Shown here one piece after another: positions 26,385 through 40,345 of a stretch of 64,000 bases of DNA. Numbering within the stretch: the stretch's first letter is position 1; the number at the start of each line of letters is the position of its first letter. The notes under the pieces are model-generated. The model was not told the DNA's origin, did no database searches, and saw only the letters and a list, made by a program, of their open reading frames with translations. Location: NCBI GenBank assembly GCA_012295275.1, contig CM022677.1, positions 13,888,001 through 13,952,000 of the forward strand, given 5' to 3'. The DNA comes from Chrysomallon squamiferum. Taxonomy: Eukaryota > Animalia > Mollusca. Both the position numbers and the translations under genes were made by a program.

Positions 26385-26615
26385 GTGTCGCACTTCTCAA
26401 GTTATAAAGATTTAGAAGGGTTGTCTGCAGCTCTGTTTCTTCTTAAAAATACAAACAAATTAGCAACAAGATTAGCAAACGGGTTTTATAAATGAATAAT
26501 GTATATGCAGATCACTGCTATCAATTAGGTCGACATGCAGACAAAATGAAAAATATAGTGTTTTTGGATGTGGATGAGCCTTCAGAAACAAAGAACAGAA
26601 ACAACTCAGGAAGAA
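26385..26615 (+). pseudogene. P4HA: Second, more decayed, inverted P4HA fragment
   Basis: caagttataaagatttagaagggttgtctgcagctctgttt..acaagattagcaaacgg..tgctatcaattaggtcgacatgcagacaaaatgaaaaa..agaaacaaagaacagaaacaactcag aligns to the reverse complement of ~25560-25805. Confidence 0.85.
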
Positions 26616-26768
26616 TCTCGATATGGAATCTAATTAAATGTCAGTTTTAAGTGACACTAGTTATTAATCTTGTTATTAATCTTGTACTCTCTGATATTAG
26701 CAGCATTAAGTAAATAAATACTGTACTGTAACGTGATATTAGCCATATTAACGAAAAGATTTGTCTGA

Positions 26769-26815
<47 letters not shown>

Positions 26816-27074
26816 GTTATTGTTCTTATTAAAGCTTAAAAAATTAGAATAAAGAATAAACATAATAAAATACTCATAAAACTATGAAACAACAACAACA
26901 ACAACAACAACACAAAATAAATAAAAAAATAAAAACAGCTTGGGTAAGTAAACATTGTCTGAAATAGACAATTTATACTCCAATCTACCAACACAGTAAA
27001 CAGTTTAATAAACAAGACAGAAACTTTACAAACTATTACAAATATACAGTGGCAATCAAACGTAAATAAAGAGA

Positions 27075-27230
27075 AAAGTCCACTGAGGTCTTTACGTAAC
27101 CGATTTAGAAGAGTTTTAATAAAAAGCTCAGTAACAGAGAGGGTGAGACATTCCACAATGAAAAAATAAATCTAGTCTGACGTTGTTATTCTCTAGGTCA
27201 ACCAGCCCCTGGCTACCTAGATACATTCCG
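27075..27230 (-). mobile_element. Possible CR1/L2 LINE 3' end remnant
   Basis: The reverse strand reads ..NNVRLDLFF..LWN..SVTELFIKTLLNRLRKDL, resembling the RLDxRxxFF..WNxLP..FKxxL tail of CR1/L2 ORF2. Short and frameshifted. Confidence 0.35.
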
Positions 27231-29015
27231 CAGAATTAACTCAAAAACAAAATTATAAAACAAATAACAAAAATATACAAAGCTTTTATAATATTTAAAA
27301 GATAAATCGTTTCGAGTAAAGCATCTGTTAACAAAATAGACCTTAAGTGAAAACATTTATTTTAGAAGTAAGAAAAAATGTTGCAGCAACTAAACACTGG
27401 GTGTATTCATTACTGATTCACAAGAAACTTTTCCATCAACAGCTGAGCAGTATAGACGTATTTCTAAATGTCAGAATATTATGAAATGCTTTATTGCAGA
27501 GCGCTATGGTGATTTAAGTTTGTCTGTATTATTACTATTACTTTATTTGCGATGGCACTAATACTTAAACAAGAGAACGTAATAATTGTTTTTAGAACCA
27601 GAGTAAAATCGAACGTTTACAGAACTATCTTCATAAAAATGAGACAGTTCGCTCGAAAAATATCGCAAATTCTTCTACGTTTATTATTATTATTATTATT
27701 TTTATTATTATTATTATTAGCGTTGTTGTTGTTGTTTTTGTATCTTTTCCTTGCTTGCATAAATAAATAAATAAAAAGAAATTATTAATACATTATATTA
27801 TTTGCTTTCTAAGAGAGACAGAGAGAGACAGAGCCAGAATACGGGCTGTTATAAATCTATAGAAACAAGTCAGTATTCCTGTCTCCCTCTCACTATTTTA
27901 ATTTTTGCTCGTTAATATCAATAATTACTCTTTAAAAAAATAACAATATTTATCTTTTGTAAAGTAAATAGTCAATAGAAAAATAATTAAAAAAAAAAAA
28001 TAGAAGAAAAAAGTAAGAAAAGGAAAATAATAAGGTAAAATAAACATAAGAATTTAGGTATGATTACGGTGTTTTACAACAATTTCATTTTGCTTTTATT
28101 CAGCGTTTGTTGCATTTTAAATGTCTGTATGATAATTTTTTTTTCATTATCGCAACATTAAATCAATTTGAACACGTCTGGTTGATAATTTGATGCAGCA
28201 GCGGCATATAATTTCCTTACCATACCGGTTTCTATAAATTTCCATTTCTATTTTTCTGCCTTTCAGTCTCTGTATTCATCCAGCACTGTAATTGTCTTTC
28301 TGACTCTCTGTCTGTCTGTTCATCTATTCATCTATTCTTCTCTTTCTGCAAATATGTAAATTTGTCAACACTGTGGGTCTGTTCATCAGTCTCTGTATTA
28401 AACTTACAGATATTAAAACCTTGAGTCTCTTTGTCCAGCTGTCTGTCCATATAATCAATCAATCTAGCTATCTATGTTTTTGTTTCTATCTATCTCTCTT
28501 TCTCAATCTCTAAACTGTTCAGTATTTGCACATATTTCTCACTCTAATCTGTATCTCTAACTGTCCGAATCCGTTATTCTGTTCATTAATCTTTATCTCG
28601 CTATCTGCGTGTTTGTCTGCCTGTTCACTCTGTGTTTCTGAATGTTAGTCTAACCAGTCGACCTTATTATAACATCTACAGTCGATGTAACCATGTTTTT
28701 CACTAGCCATCTGTCTACCTGTCTGTCTATCTATCAACCTGTCTCTTTATCATTCATCATCAATTCATCTATATAGTGAATATCTCTCTATCACTTGATT
28801 CTCTCTCTGCCTTTATCATTTCTATGTCTCTCTTCTGATAAATGTATCATTTCTCTGTCTCTCTACACATACCTGTATCCCAAATCACTCTGTGCCTAAA
28901 TGTCAATTACCTGTCTGTGTCTCTCCACCTATCTCTGTCACTTGTCCCTTTCGCTATATCTCTAATACTTGTCTATATCACTATCTATATATCGTCACTC
29001 TTTTCTGTCTCTCCA

Positions 29016-30850
29016 CCTATATCTCTATCACTTGTCTCTGTTTCTATCTACACCTATATCTCTGTCCCATGAGTTTCTCTATCTATATCTCTTTATTTTT
29101 ATCTTGATTATTTCTCTCTGTCTCTCTAACTATGTCTGTCCCATGACTAAGCCTTCCTACCTATTATCTTCTCTATCATTTGGCTCTGCTTCTCGCTATC
29201 TTTACCTCTATCACGTCTGTCCCTCTACGTTTCTATCTATCTCTCTATCTGTATCTTTATCTCGTTTTGTACCTTGATAACGTCTGTCTCTGAACCATAT
29301 CTCTATCACTTCTCTCTGTCTACAGATATTGCTATTGCTTGTTTCTGATTCTCTACCAACATGTCTAGTACTTGTACATCTCTCTACCATTATCTCTATC
29401 ACTTGCCTTTCTCTCTATATTTATCATTATCATTTGTCTCCATGTCTCAGCTTATATCTCTATCACAGTCTGCCTAATCTTTATCTCTATCATTTGTCGT
29501 TCTACCTATATCTTTGACTTGTCTCCTTCTCTTTACCTACATCACTAATACGTGTCTCTGACTCTCTATCTATATCTCTGTCGCATGCCTCGCTGTACCC
29601 GTATCTCTGTAAACGTATCTCTGTACCCGTGTCTCTTGTCTAACTACATCTGTCTATTCCATGAATCAGACTATCAATCATTTGTTTGTCTCTAATTATA
29701 TCTCTATCACTTTTCTCTGTCTCTCTATCTTTATCTTTTTCATCTTTTTTCTCTCTACCTTTATCTATCATTTATCCGTGACTCTTTAGCTATATCTCTA
29801 TCATTTGTCTCCTTCTCTTAACAATCACTTATCTGTATCATTATTAATTCTCTTTTGATATGTGTTCACAAACATATGTCCCTTACTTGAGATGTACTCA
29901 CAGAGCAAAGTAAAAATTACATCCATTAGAGTTATCTCCCTTTAGTGATATGTGTTCACAAACATAGATTAGAGTTATGTCCCTTACGTGAGATGTACTC
30001 ACAGAGCAAAGTAAAAATTACATCCTTTAGAGTTATCTCCCTTTAGTGATATGTGTCCACAAATATAGATTAGAGTCATGTCCCTTACGTGAGATGTACT
30101 GACTAAGCCTACGTACGCTAATTATCCGTACTGGATAAATGGAATCTCCAGAAACGCCGAGATTCGATCCACGATTGTGGAAAAATCACTTTTTTATATG
30201 TAAAAAGATCATAACCCTATATCTCTATCACTTGTCTCTGTCTCTATCTACACCTATATCTCTATCCCATGACTTTCTCTATCTATATCTCTTTATTTAT
30301 ATCTTGATTATTTCTCTCTGTCTCTCTAACTATGTCTGGCACTTGTCGATCTCTCTACCATTATCTCTATCACTTGCCTTTCTCTCTATATTTATCATTA
30401 TCATTTATCTCCATGTCTCAACTTATATCTCTATCAAAGTCTGCCTAATCTTTATCTCTATCATTTGTCGTTCTACCTATATCTTTGACTTGTCTCCTTC
30501 TCTTTACCTACATCACTAATACGTGTCTCTGACTCTCTATCTATATCTCTATCGCATGCCTCGCTGTACCCGTATCTCTGTACCCGTGTCTCTTGTCTAA
30601 CTACATCTCTTGTCATTTATCCGTGACGCTTTAGCTATATCTCTATCATCTGTCTCCTTCTCTTAACAATAACTTATCTGAATCATTATTAATTCTCTTT
30701 TGATATGTTTTCACAAACATAGATTAGAGTTATTTCCCTTACATGAGATGTACTCACTAAGATTACGCACGCTAATTATCGGAACTGGATATATGGAACC
30801 TCCAGAAACGCCGAGATTCGATCCACGATAGTGGAAAAATCACTTTTTTA
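29016..30850. repeat. Tandem duplication of a TC-rich low-complexity block (29016-30200 vs 30217-30850) with internal ~109 bp repeats carrying GAGTTATCTCCCTT
   Basis: Both copies start cctatatctctatcacttgtctctg and end ctccagaaacgccgagattcgatccacgat(t/a)gtggaaaaatcactttttta. There are ~2.5 tandem units at 29858-30100. Confidence 0.85.
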
Positions 30851-33559
30851 TTAATTTTAAAAAGAACATAAGCCGTGACGTATCTCCCGGATGTGTTAAA
30901 TCAGTGGTGAACTGGACACACTGGTGAAGGTGAATGTATCATCATTAAGTCAAACAAGAATGGAAAGGCCTGTGTTAGGTGTTTATCATGTGAGAGATGT
31001 TTTCTGTTAATGGAGGTTCTTTTGTTGAACTATTTATTTTTATTGGGCTGTGTTTACAATTTTCTTCATGTAGTTGCTGAAAGTTTACATGTTTTGTGAG
31101 GTATGAGAACTGGCTGGAGTTTCTATGGTGATGGACACTGTAGTAGCTGCATGCTAATGACTTGAGTTTTATCACTGTGTACATTTTGTTGTGTGTCTGC
31201 AGGTCTGTCAGAGGCCACACTCAGGTAACTGTGACCTCATTTCTATCTGTTGGTAGTTGTAGTTTTATTTGTTGTCTTGGCAGGTTTGCTGTCAACGATA
31301 AGTGTGATCCAGTAAGTTGCTTTTCCCTCCATGTACTGACACTAACTAGCTTGGCTGTGTTTGTGACTGCATCTTGATGTAAAACTTTTTTTTAAATTTC
31401 TTATTTCTATCCAGGTAATATATTTTGTGATACATTTAAAAAGTGACTTGGGTTGGGGTTTTTCTGATTTTTTTTTTTCACTCATTTGGCTTCAGGTTGT
31501 TGTTGTTGATGTGCAGACTGTTTTACTGTTTGTTGAGTCAGAGTCTAGTGTAGGTAATTCCCAGTAAGAAAATGTTGATCCCAGATGTTTAAAAAAAGAT
31601 CTTTAAGAATTTTGTGGTGATCCTGAAATAAATTTTCCTTGGGTTGTTACTTTTTGTTTCTGATGTTTTGTTGATTATGGAGATTTATGCTTCTGTTTCG
31701 AGATTGTTTTTTGTTTTTTCTGTATTTGTATGCTGTGGTATATATATATATTTCCCACATGTTAGATTCACTCCCTTCGTCGTCCATATCCCTACTGTTT
31801 TTATTTGTTTGTAAGGATACCAAAATGTCCAAATTTTCATTAATTTTCTGTTCAGGGTTTTGTCTGTGTCAGTGTTTATTGGTGATTTATCTTGTTTTTT
31901 TATTTATCACCTTATTGCTTCTTGTCAACGTTTTTTCTTTTTTAAAAATCAAATTTTGCCTTTTTAACCTGCTGTCTTTTGGAAATCCTAACTTTCATTG
32001 CTGAATCATCTGAATTAGTGATTTTTATGTTTTCCATGTTGTTGCATTTTTAGAGGTCGGTTTGGTGTTATTTTTCCTGGTTCTGAATGTTTAATGTGTG
32101 TAGTTGTGTGTATAAATGGATGTTAAATATTTATACTTCTGATGTGTCTCCATTTACTTTAACACACACACAAACACACACACACACAAACACACACAGA
32201 CACACACGCATGCAGACACACACATACCTTGCTTGCACTTAATAGAAATAATACATACAAGTGTGAAAATTGTACATAAAATGATATAACATGAATAATG
32301 ATCAACTGTATGAAGAGAAATAAGACGTGTTCTGGATACAGTTTTATACTCTATGTATTTGTTTAGTTATTTATTTATTCTACTTTATTGCTATCATGTA
32401 ACTTGTTTGTTTTATCTGACATGCTAGTGAACTATCCATTTTGTTCTTCTTTTCAGTGTGCTTCAACTCACTAAATATTCAACATTGAATAAATTATAGA
32501 AACTAATAAACTGTGTTCAGTTATTTTTGTGAAAAGAAAATATGTAATAATGACAATATTAACAGAGGTTATTATAAAATAATTAGACTTAAAGGGATAA
32601 GCAGTTCCGTGAATATAATTGTATATCTAAATATATTCTGTGTTATATATTAACATTTCAACATATCAGCAGTAAAAACTTCCACAATGATACTATTTTA
32701 AGAGTTATCATTAAAAATAAACTGTAAATAATTTAAATCTTACACAGTCATGAATCACAGTTGTATTTGTTACCAAGTAATATCCAGACACATTCCACTT
32801 ACTTGAATTTATTTGTATGAGTTAATAATAATAATAAAAAACAGTTATTAAAAACTACAATTAAAGTAATAGATAACTTTATATTATATAAAAGGTCAAT
32901 AGTCAAAACCTTTTTTTTCTTCTTTTTCTTTACCTACTTAAATATTAACAAGTGTATAACAAGTTACAATGAGGTATTTCAAGTACGAGTAAAATTAATA
33001 GATGTAGGTAACATAATAAAAGTAATCTAACATGTTAGATTGTAATCTGTATTGGTCCTTTTCATGTATCTTGTTAAAACTTTTTTTAATTTTTGTTACT
33101 ATTCTGTTTTGTTTTTTGCAAATTTTATTATTCTTAAAAGACTGAACTGAAGTAATAATAAATAAAATATATATATAATTTTTTTGGGGTGTAGTTACTT
33201 TATGTCTGTCAGTTAGTTGATGAAAAACTGGCTTATTTTTGTATTTTAATGGTTTTTATTAAATGTGGTTCTCTTAAAGTAAAAGAAATAACATATCATT
33301 TATAATTATTCCTATCTACATTTTTTTTAAATTATTATTATTGTTTTTTTGTTTTTTTTTCTTTTTCTTTTTCCGGATTTTTCTATGAAGAAAATTATTT
33401 TATTTTATTTTAATGCAGTTGTTATCTTTATTGTTAGTCTTTTACTTGTATATTTGTTTCATTTTGTTTATGACAGTATTTGTTTAAAATACTATACTTT
33501 TAGAAACTGATCTGAAGTGAAAATAATATAAAAACATTGACAATATGATTTTTGTTATT

Positions 33560-33920
33560 GTTATATAAGGACATTCATGAAAACGTATATCATTTACCTG
33601 TATTACAATATTAATTCAAAATGTTAATGTTAAAAACAGAACAAAAAGAATCAAAAATCTAAAACGTGAAAGTATAATACTTGTTATTTTTTATATCAGA
33701 ATATTCATGAAAACTTTTATTAAATACCTGTATTACAGTATTAATTCAGAATGTTATTGGTAAAAACAGAAATAAAATAATATAAAATCTAAAATATGAT
33801 ATTATAGTACCTGTTATTTTATATCAGGACATTCATGAAAACTTATATTAATTCAAAATGTTTTTGTTAAAAACAGAACTAAAAGAATCTAAAATCTAAA
33901 ATGTAATATTATAGTACTTG
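33560..33920. repeat. Diverged tandem repeat, ~110-130 bp unit, 3 copies
   Basis: acattcatgaaaac..attaattca(a/g)aatgtt..taaaaacagaa..aaaatctaaaa recurs three times. Confidence 0.8.
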
Positions 33921-34417
33921 TTTTTGTCAGTCACTGAATGGTTCATGAAAGTTTGACATTCATGAATGTTTTCTTTTATTTTAAGACACTTTAAACTTTA
34001 TTTAAAATGTTCTAAATATGACATGACTTTTATATTCAAGTCTGCAGTCAACACTAAATAATTTCTTCATATTATTTAAGTTAAAAAGCTATATAACTGT
34101 AACGTGTGTAGAACTGAATAAAATAATATTATAAAATGTATTATTAACTTTTACCTTGGTAACAAAATTTAAAAGACAAACAAATAATAAACATATCACC
34201 AAAACACATTCACACACTGACACACAAAACACATTCACACACACTGACACACAAAACACCCAAGGTAAAAGTGCTTTACCGTGTTAACTGTAAAAGTTTA
34301 ATTTCTTTTAAACACAGATAATAAATTCTTCTCATTTTCCTTCTTTTTTTCATTTCTTAATTGCTGATTTTAATTTATTTTTATTTAGATTTTGTTTTAC
34401 TTTACTTATTTATAATG

Positions 34418-34454
<37 letters not shown>

Positions 34455-35382
34455 TTTTTAGTTTATCCATTTATTTATTTTAATCTTTAATGTTATTTTC
34501 ATTTTCTTGTTCTTATCAAACCAAATTAAAATCATCATTGGTATTGATGTTTCAGAAATGAATTTAAAGAACCTTTTTTATGAAAAATGAATTGAGTGAA
34601 ATATTTTTAAAATTTCTTATCTTTTAAGATACATGTACTAATTATTAAAGTTATTAATAGCTGTGCTCTGTCATTTTTTAAATATCTCATTTTAAACTTT
34701 ATATAAACCTTATTAAAAATAAATAAATAAAAAATAGATGATCTGAAAATGATCTATGAAGAGATCTGTGTTTCCTTTCATGAACTTTTTTCTACAGTAC
34801 AGTTCAGTTCAGTTATTAATGGAATAAGATGAAAAATATTTTATCACATGTCTCTTTAAAAACACATTTCCTCCTTCCATTATAATGTGTTTAATGCAAA
34901 AGCAAAAACATATCATATTTATGTTGTTAAATATAAAATTAATTACTTCTTTTTCTTATTAACATTTATTATAATCAGTAAGTAAGTGCTATTATAATGC
35001 TGTTTTATTACGTGGCTGTTACTACTACTACTACTGCTGCTGCTGTTACTACTACTTTATTATTGTTGTTGTTAATTATTATTATTATTATTATTTAATT
35101 TATTTTCATCATTATCATTATTATACACATTAATTATACAGACAGAGACAGGTAGGTGAATGTAGAGGTAGCTGTACAGACAGACAGAAACAATATAAAA
35201 TAGTTTTAAACTTTAAATGAAATAATGACAGAAGAATTTTATTTTTATCATATAAATATTTTATTGCAGTTTTGTTTGATCACACTGGATTACGTACAAG
35301 AATATTTTAAATATCACAACATTATTTGAAATAACTACTTTACAAAATAATATAATTGTTTTGGTGTGTTTGTGTGTGTGTG

Positions 35383-35497
<115 letters not shown>

Positions 35498-35559
35498 GCT
35501 AGGAAATCAGGTATATACATAGAAGCATTATATAGATAGACAGTCAGACAGAGAGCCTG

Positions 35560-36370
35560 ATAGATTGAAATACTGAAACTCAGAGAGCAGGTAGACAAAG
35601 ACACACACACACACACATTAACTGCAGCAGACACATGTAGATATAGAGATGAATACACTGATAGATAAACAGACAATGAGATGTGTAGACGTTGGTGTGC
35701 TTTGTTACAGAAAGGATGACAGAAACATGTACAAATGTATAACTGAGAGATTCTCATGTAGACAGGTTTATAGAAAGAGATTTTTACTGGACTTTTGAAA
35801 CCAGATTTAAAAAATGTATTTAAAAATGACATTTAGGAATAAATGATGCTGCATGGATAATGAAATATTTTTAATATTTTGATATACAGAATTGTAAAAA
35901 GAAATACCTTGAAAGACTGAGTATATTGAAATATCTTCAGCTTTCTGTCCACTGCTCTATCCCTATGTTCATTCATAATAATGTTATCTCCAAAATGTCC
36001 TTATTGTGTCTCTCTAATATGAATTTACTTGCCTGCCAGTATGTCTGTCTATCTGTCTATCTATCTATCTATCTATCTATCAAACCAACATATACCAACA
36101 TAAGCACTCTAATCCACTTAATCATGTAACACATGACTTTTATTCTCAGATGATCTACACAGACTACAAACTAATCTGTGTTTCAGTGTTAACTGTACAG
36201 TTTTCACCTAACACTGCATGTCTCTCTATACACTGAAAAACTACTAAGTCAAAGTTTACCGTCCTACCTCTAGTTATCAATATAAATTACCTCAGTCCTT
36301 CTTTAATATTCTTAATACAAAAAGGCTTTTAATCTGGACACCCTTTCAGTATTTTTTCAATTTATACTGC
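35560..36370 (+). repeat. Segmental duplication; paralogous pieces at ~47085-48130 (interrupted by a MITE) and ~50725-50950
   Basis: Shared ctggacttttgaaacca..aatgtatttaaaaatgaca..accttgaaagactgagtatattgaaat..cagctttctgtccactg and tctcagatgatcta.acagac.acaaactaatc..aactactaagtcaaagtttacc..ctacctctagttatcaatata. Confidence 0.85.
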
Positions 36371-36402
36371 ACTACTACAACTACTACAACTACTACTGCT
36401 AC

Positions 36403-36473
<71 letters not shown>

Positions 36474-38787
36474 CAACAACAATAATAACAACAACATAAG
36501 AGAAATAAAGAAGAAAACATTTAAAATATTTTAAAAATTATTTTATTCAAGAAATTAATAAGGAAAGCAGATAGTTCCAACTGAATCAAACCAAAATAAA
36601 ATAAAACAGTCTCATTGGTCCTGATGAAGAAAAACACAAAAAAAAACAAATAAAAAAACTTAAAACAAAATTAAAATTATCAGACAGGCAGCCATATATT
36701 TAGAAATCATTTTGATGAATAAAAAAATACATAAATCAAATTAAAATAAACAACTAAAACAGAGTTCTCACTATGTGATAAATTACTTGTAGCTAGAAAT
36801 AACCAAACTATAAATCTGTTAAATATAAAATCACTTTCAGCAAAAGAAATGCTAAGGGAGGCAACTCTTGGTTGAGCCAGTTAAAGTTCAGTCTCATTTA
36901 GAATATGGATTTAATATTTTATATTGATCCTGAATTCTGCAGTATTTTTCTTAGATTTTTATTCTTGTTTACATACATGAATAACCTGACATTTGTCCTT
37001 TTGTATGTAAAATTAATTAAGGTACAAAACCATGCTTATAATTTACAAGAAAACACAAACATATTTTTCCCTAATATATATATTTTTTTACTTAGTTTAT
37101 TACTTATTATATAAAAATACATGCAGTTTATATTAACAGATAAAAAAATTAAAAAACGAAAGAAAGAAAAGAAAAGAAAAAATGAATGGTTACAAATTAA
37201 TGCTGCAAGTATTATTCAGCAGTTTTCTTCCCTGAATGTAATTTTTAGCAATTAAAATAAACTAAATTCTAAACTAAAATTATAACATGTTTGAAATAAT
37301 CATATAATTTTGTTATTATTACTCAATTATATAACTGTTATTATACATTATGGAGGATTATAATGAATATTTCTAAATCACTGTTATAACATATATATTT
37401 CTAAAACAAAATATATAAACTAAGCTAGTGACCATAAAAAGCAAGATAATATCTATAAAAAAAAAGAAAAGATGTCTGCTTACAAATATTCTAATCAGAC
37501 TATAAGAATACTGGAATGTTGTCTATATATATATATATGTGTGTATGTTTGTGTGTGTTGGTGTGTGTGTGGTGTTAAAAATACACACTTAAAGCTTCCA
37601 GTATTAATAGATAAAAAAATAAAACAAATGTCTGTCATGGAAATAGTGACTCCACGGTTATGAATTAAATTAAATGAAGTCGTGTAGGAAATACTAGGTA
37701 AATGAAATAATGTTTGATTAAGGCACTAAACAGAATGAACAGAATGAAACAGAATAATTAGTAATTCAGAGGTTTGTTTACAGTTGAACTTGCATAATCA
37801 ATGATTCTGATGTATTTATATTTTTATTTTTAACTTTAAGTCAAATATATATGAAAGAGTGTTACAATTTGACATAAAGAAAACAAAGATTAGTAATAAA
37901 AAAACTAAACGCTTTTATATATTATTTTCAGTATAATTTAAAATATTTATATATAAATATAGTTTATTAACAAAAACAAGAGTTCACTGTTTAATATACA
38001 CATCATTACAAGCAAATTATCTGACAAACATCTACTGTGGGCAGAGATATCACATTAGATGATTAGACAATCTACTGTAGCTCAAAATATTCGGACGCTC
38101 TTTTTGCGATGGATTCTCAAAACCTTTACGAAAATAGGAAGAGGAAGTCAAGGATCCTGTATCACCTACATAAAGAAACTCTTACTTATTATATTATCAG
38201 TTTCAGCAGATGAAGTGACTTTAAAAGATTTTAAGATCGCGAATTCCCTTCAGTTTGTTTACGAAACTTCCAGCTACTTTGTGTAGGAAGGACAATAACA
38301 CTGTCTTCACAGCGCTTAACTGACGTCACAAAACTCGAGCAAAATTTTGACAAAAAAAATTAATTAATAAAATGAAACGTCGGACCCGATTCAAATGTTG
38401 TTCCTCAGCAGGATCAGTTATGAGCGATTTCTTTTCACTTCTTTTCTTTTTATTGAAAATAATCAATTTTATTGATCTAATTCAAACAAAGTTTCACATT
38501 TTAATATTTTGAACACGACGTCAGGTGCCCCGAATCATTAGTTTAACCATCTGACTGGTTAAACAATGTAGATATATTTATTTAATTACTTATTGAATTA
38601 TTAATTTAAAAACAGAATAACTTAAATATTATTTTCTAAAGAGTATTTTTTTTTTTTTTTTGGACTATTATCTTTGCTAACAATAAATATTTTGAGCTGA
38701 TATTATTATTGTAAAAATATAGTCTAAGCACATTTTAGATTTTCAACATATCACTTATATTTCTGTTTCACTTGTTCAGTTTGATAG

Positions 38788-38877
<90 letters not shown>

Positions 38878-39779
38878 TTTCAAAAAAAGAAACCCCCAAA
38901 ACCCCATACAGTTCTATGACTATCTATTTTAGTAACTTTTCTTGTTAATTGAAAGATTATATTTATTTCAGGCAGCTGAGTTTTACTACCAGATTTTGAA
39001 TATACACTTGTTATTCAGATGTTATAATTACAAATGTTAATATTTTTTTTAAATAAATATTATTTTTTTCTATTTCTATTATTAATGCAGTTTTAAGATA
39101 AATTTGAATGAACTGTTACGACTGCAATAAACATCTCTTCTAAAAACTTTGAACACATTTGTATTTCAGTGTGATAGAAGAATTTTCCACTTGTAAATGT
39201 TCCTTACTGTGTCTTTTGTATCTTAAATCTGACTGCTGAATCAACAAAAAGCCTGGGAACTCCGGAATTAATTATACCTAGAGGGTTCTTGTTTTACAGA
39301 ATGACCTGGCGACAGACGTCTAGCGACAAGGTTTGTAACACGTTGTCAAATAACGCGAGTTCCTTTTCTTTCTTATAAAAGCCCGGATATTGTTTTGTTA
39401 AGGATACGACAGACACGCCCGCTGACCTGTCAGAAAGTGTGTCTGTGGTAGACGTGCCTCACAACAGCTCGCTCTGATTAGCAAGTTAAATTTTTCCATT
39501 TCCATTTGTTAAGGCAGAGCGAGTTGTGTTTTCTTTACCAACGAAATTACTGTTCGGGATAGCAGTTGAAAATACGCTTCTCTCTGTGTGTGTGTGTGTT
39601 TTGTTAACTTTTATTGTTATTTCGCTCTTATTGGTCTCTACTATTTTAAAGCATTATTGTCCTGGGTTGTATTTTTATACGTGTTTCACTGAGCAGGCTG
39701 TTGCGCATTGTAGTTTTTTTCCTGTATAAAGTTTTGCATCGAAATGGGAAGCTCTTGGCAGCTGATCAGGTTCGAGTGA

Positions 39780-40345
39780 TTTATAATGACACAATACAAG
39801 GCAGCAGGGATCTGTATTATAACGAGCATACATTTCGCGTAAGTAAAAACAATGGGTAGAGAACAGACTGGAAATGTGTTGTTAACTCGCAGTGCAGAAC
39901 CTACGTCGTGTCTGTGGACAACATGTTGCAGACGGCAGAACAGATGCAGCAACAACCACGCGCTGTATTCCTCACCACACGACTCAGTCGTTTTTAGTTC
40001 CCAGTACACTCAGAGTATTTGGCGTCGTTCGCAAAAATAGGACTGGCTTCAGAAAATATTGAAAACAGTGATGTACAAAAGGTGGCAAGTTGTGCTTCAC
40101 CCTTCCGATTATCCCGCTGAACAAAGTTGAGGATATTTTGACACAGTTGCCGACAGTCCCCAGAATGAAAAGGTAACAGTGCTGATGGACTACGTCACTA
40201 ACACCTGGATGAAAGGGCCGTGGACTCCAGAAATGTAGAAAAACTTTGGCAATGACAGCCTCCGAACAAATAACCACTTGGAAGGATGGCGCCATGAGCT
40301 CAATCAAATCGCCCAGAAGAGTCATCCGACCACACCGAGAACTTT
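39780..40345 (+). mobile_element. FLYWCH-MULE (Mutator-like) transposase remnant with an internal deletion
   Basis: IQGSRDLYYNEHTFRVSKNNG*RTDWKCVVNSQC (FLYWCH-like zinc finger), SQYTQSIWRRSQK (cf. FHFxQAIWRxxQ) and LMDYVTNTWMKGPWTPEM*KNFGNDSLRTNNHLEGWRHELNQIAQKSHP (MULE RTNNxxEGWH motif). No TIRs identified. Confidence 0.85.

Noticed and set aside
30900-32100. Possible LINE endonuclease/ORF1 remnant on the minus strand (..LNDDTFTFTS..DLT)
   Set aside because: Only one weak motif; cannot be supported without a profile search.
38100-38530. CpG-richer patch with TGACGTCA (38321) suggesting a promoter
   Set aside because: A single 8-mer with no associated gene start; chance or a relic cannot be excluded.
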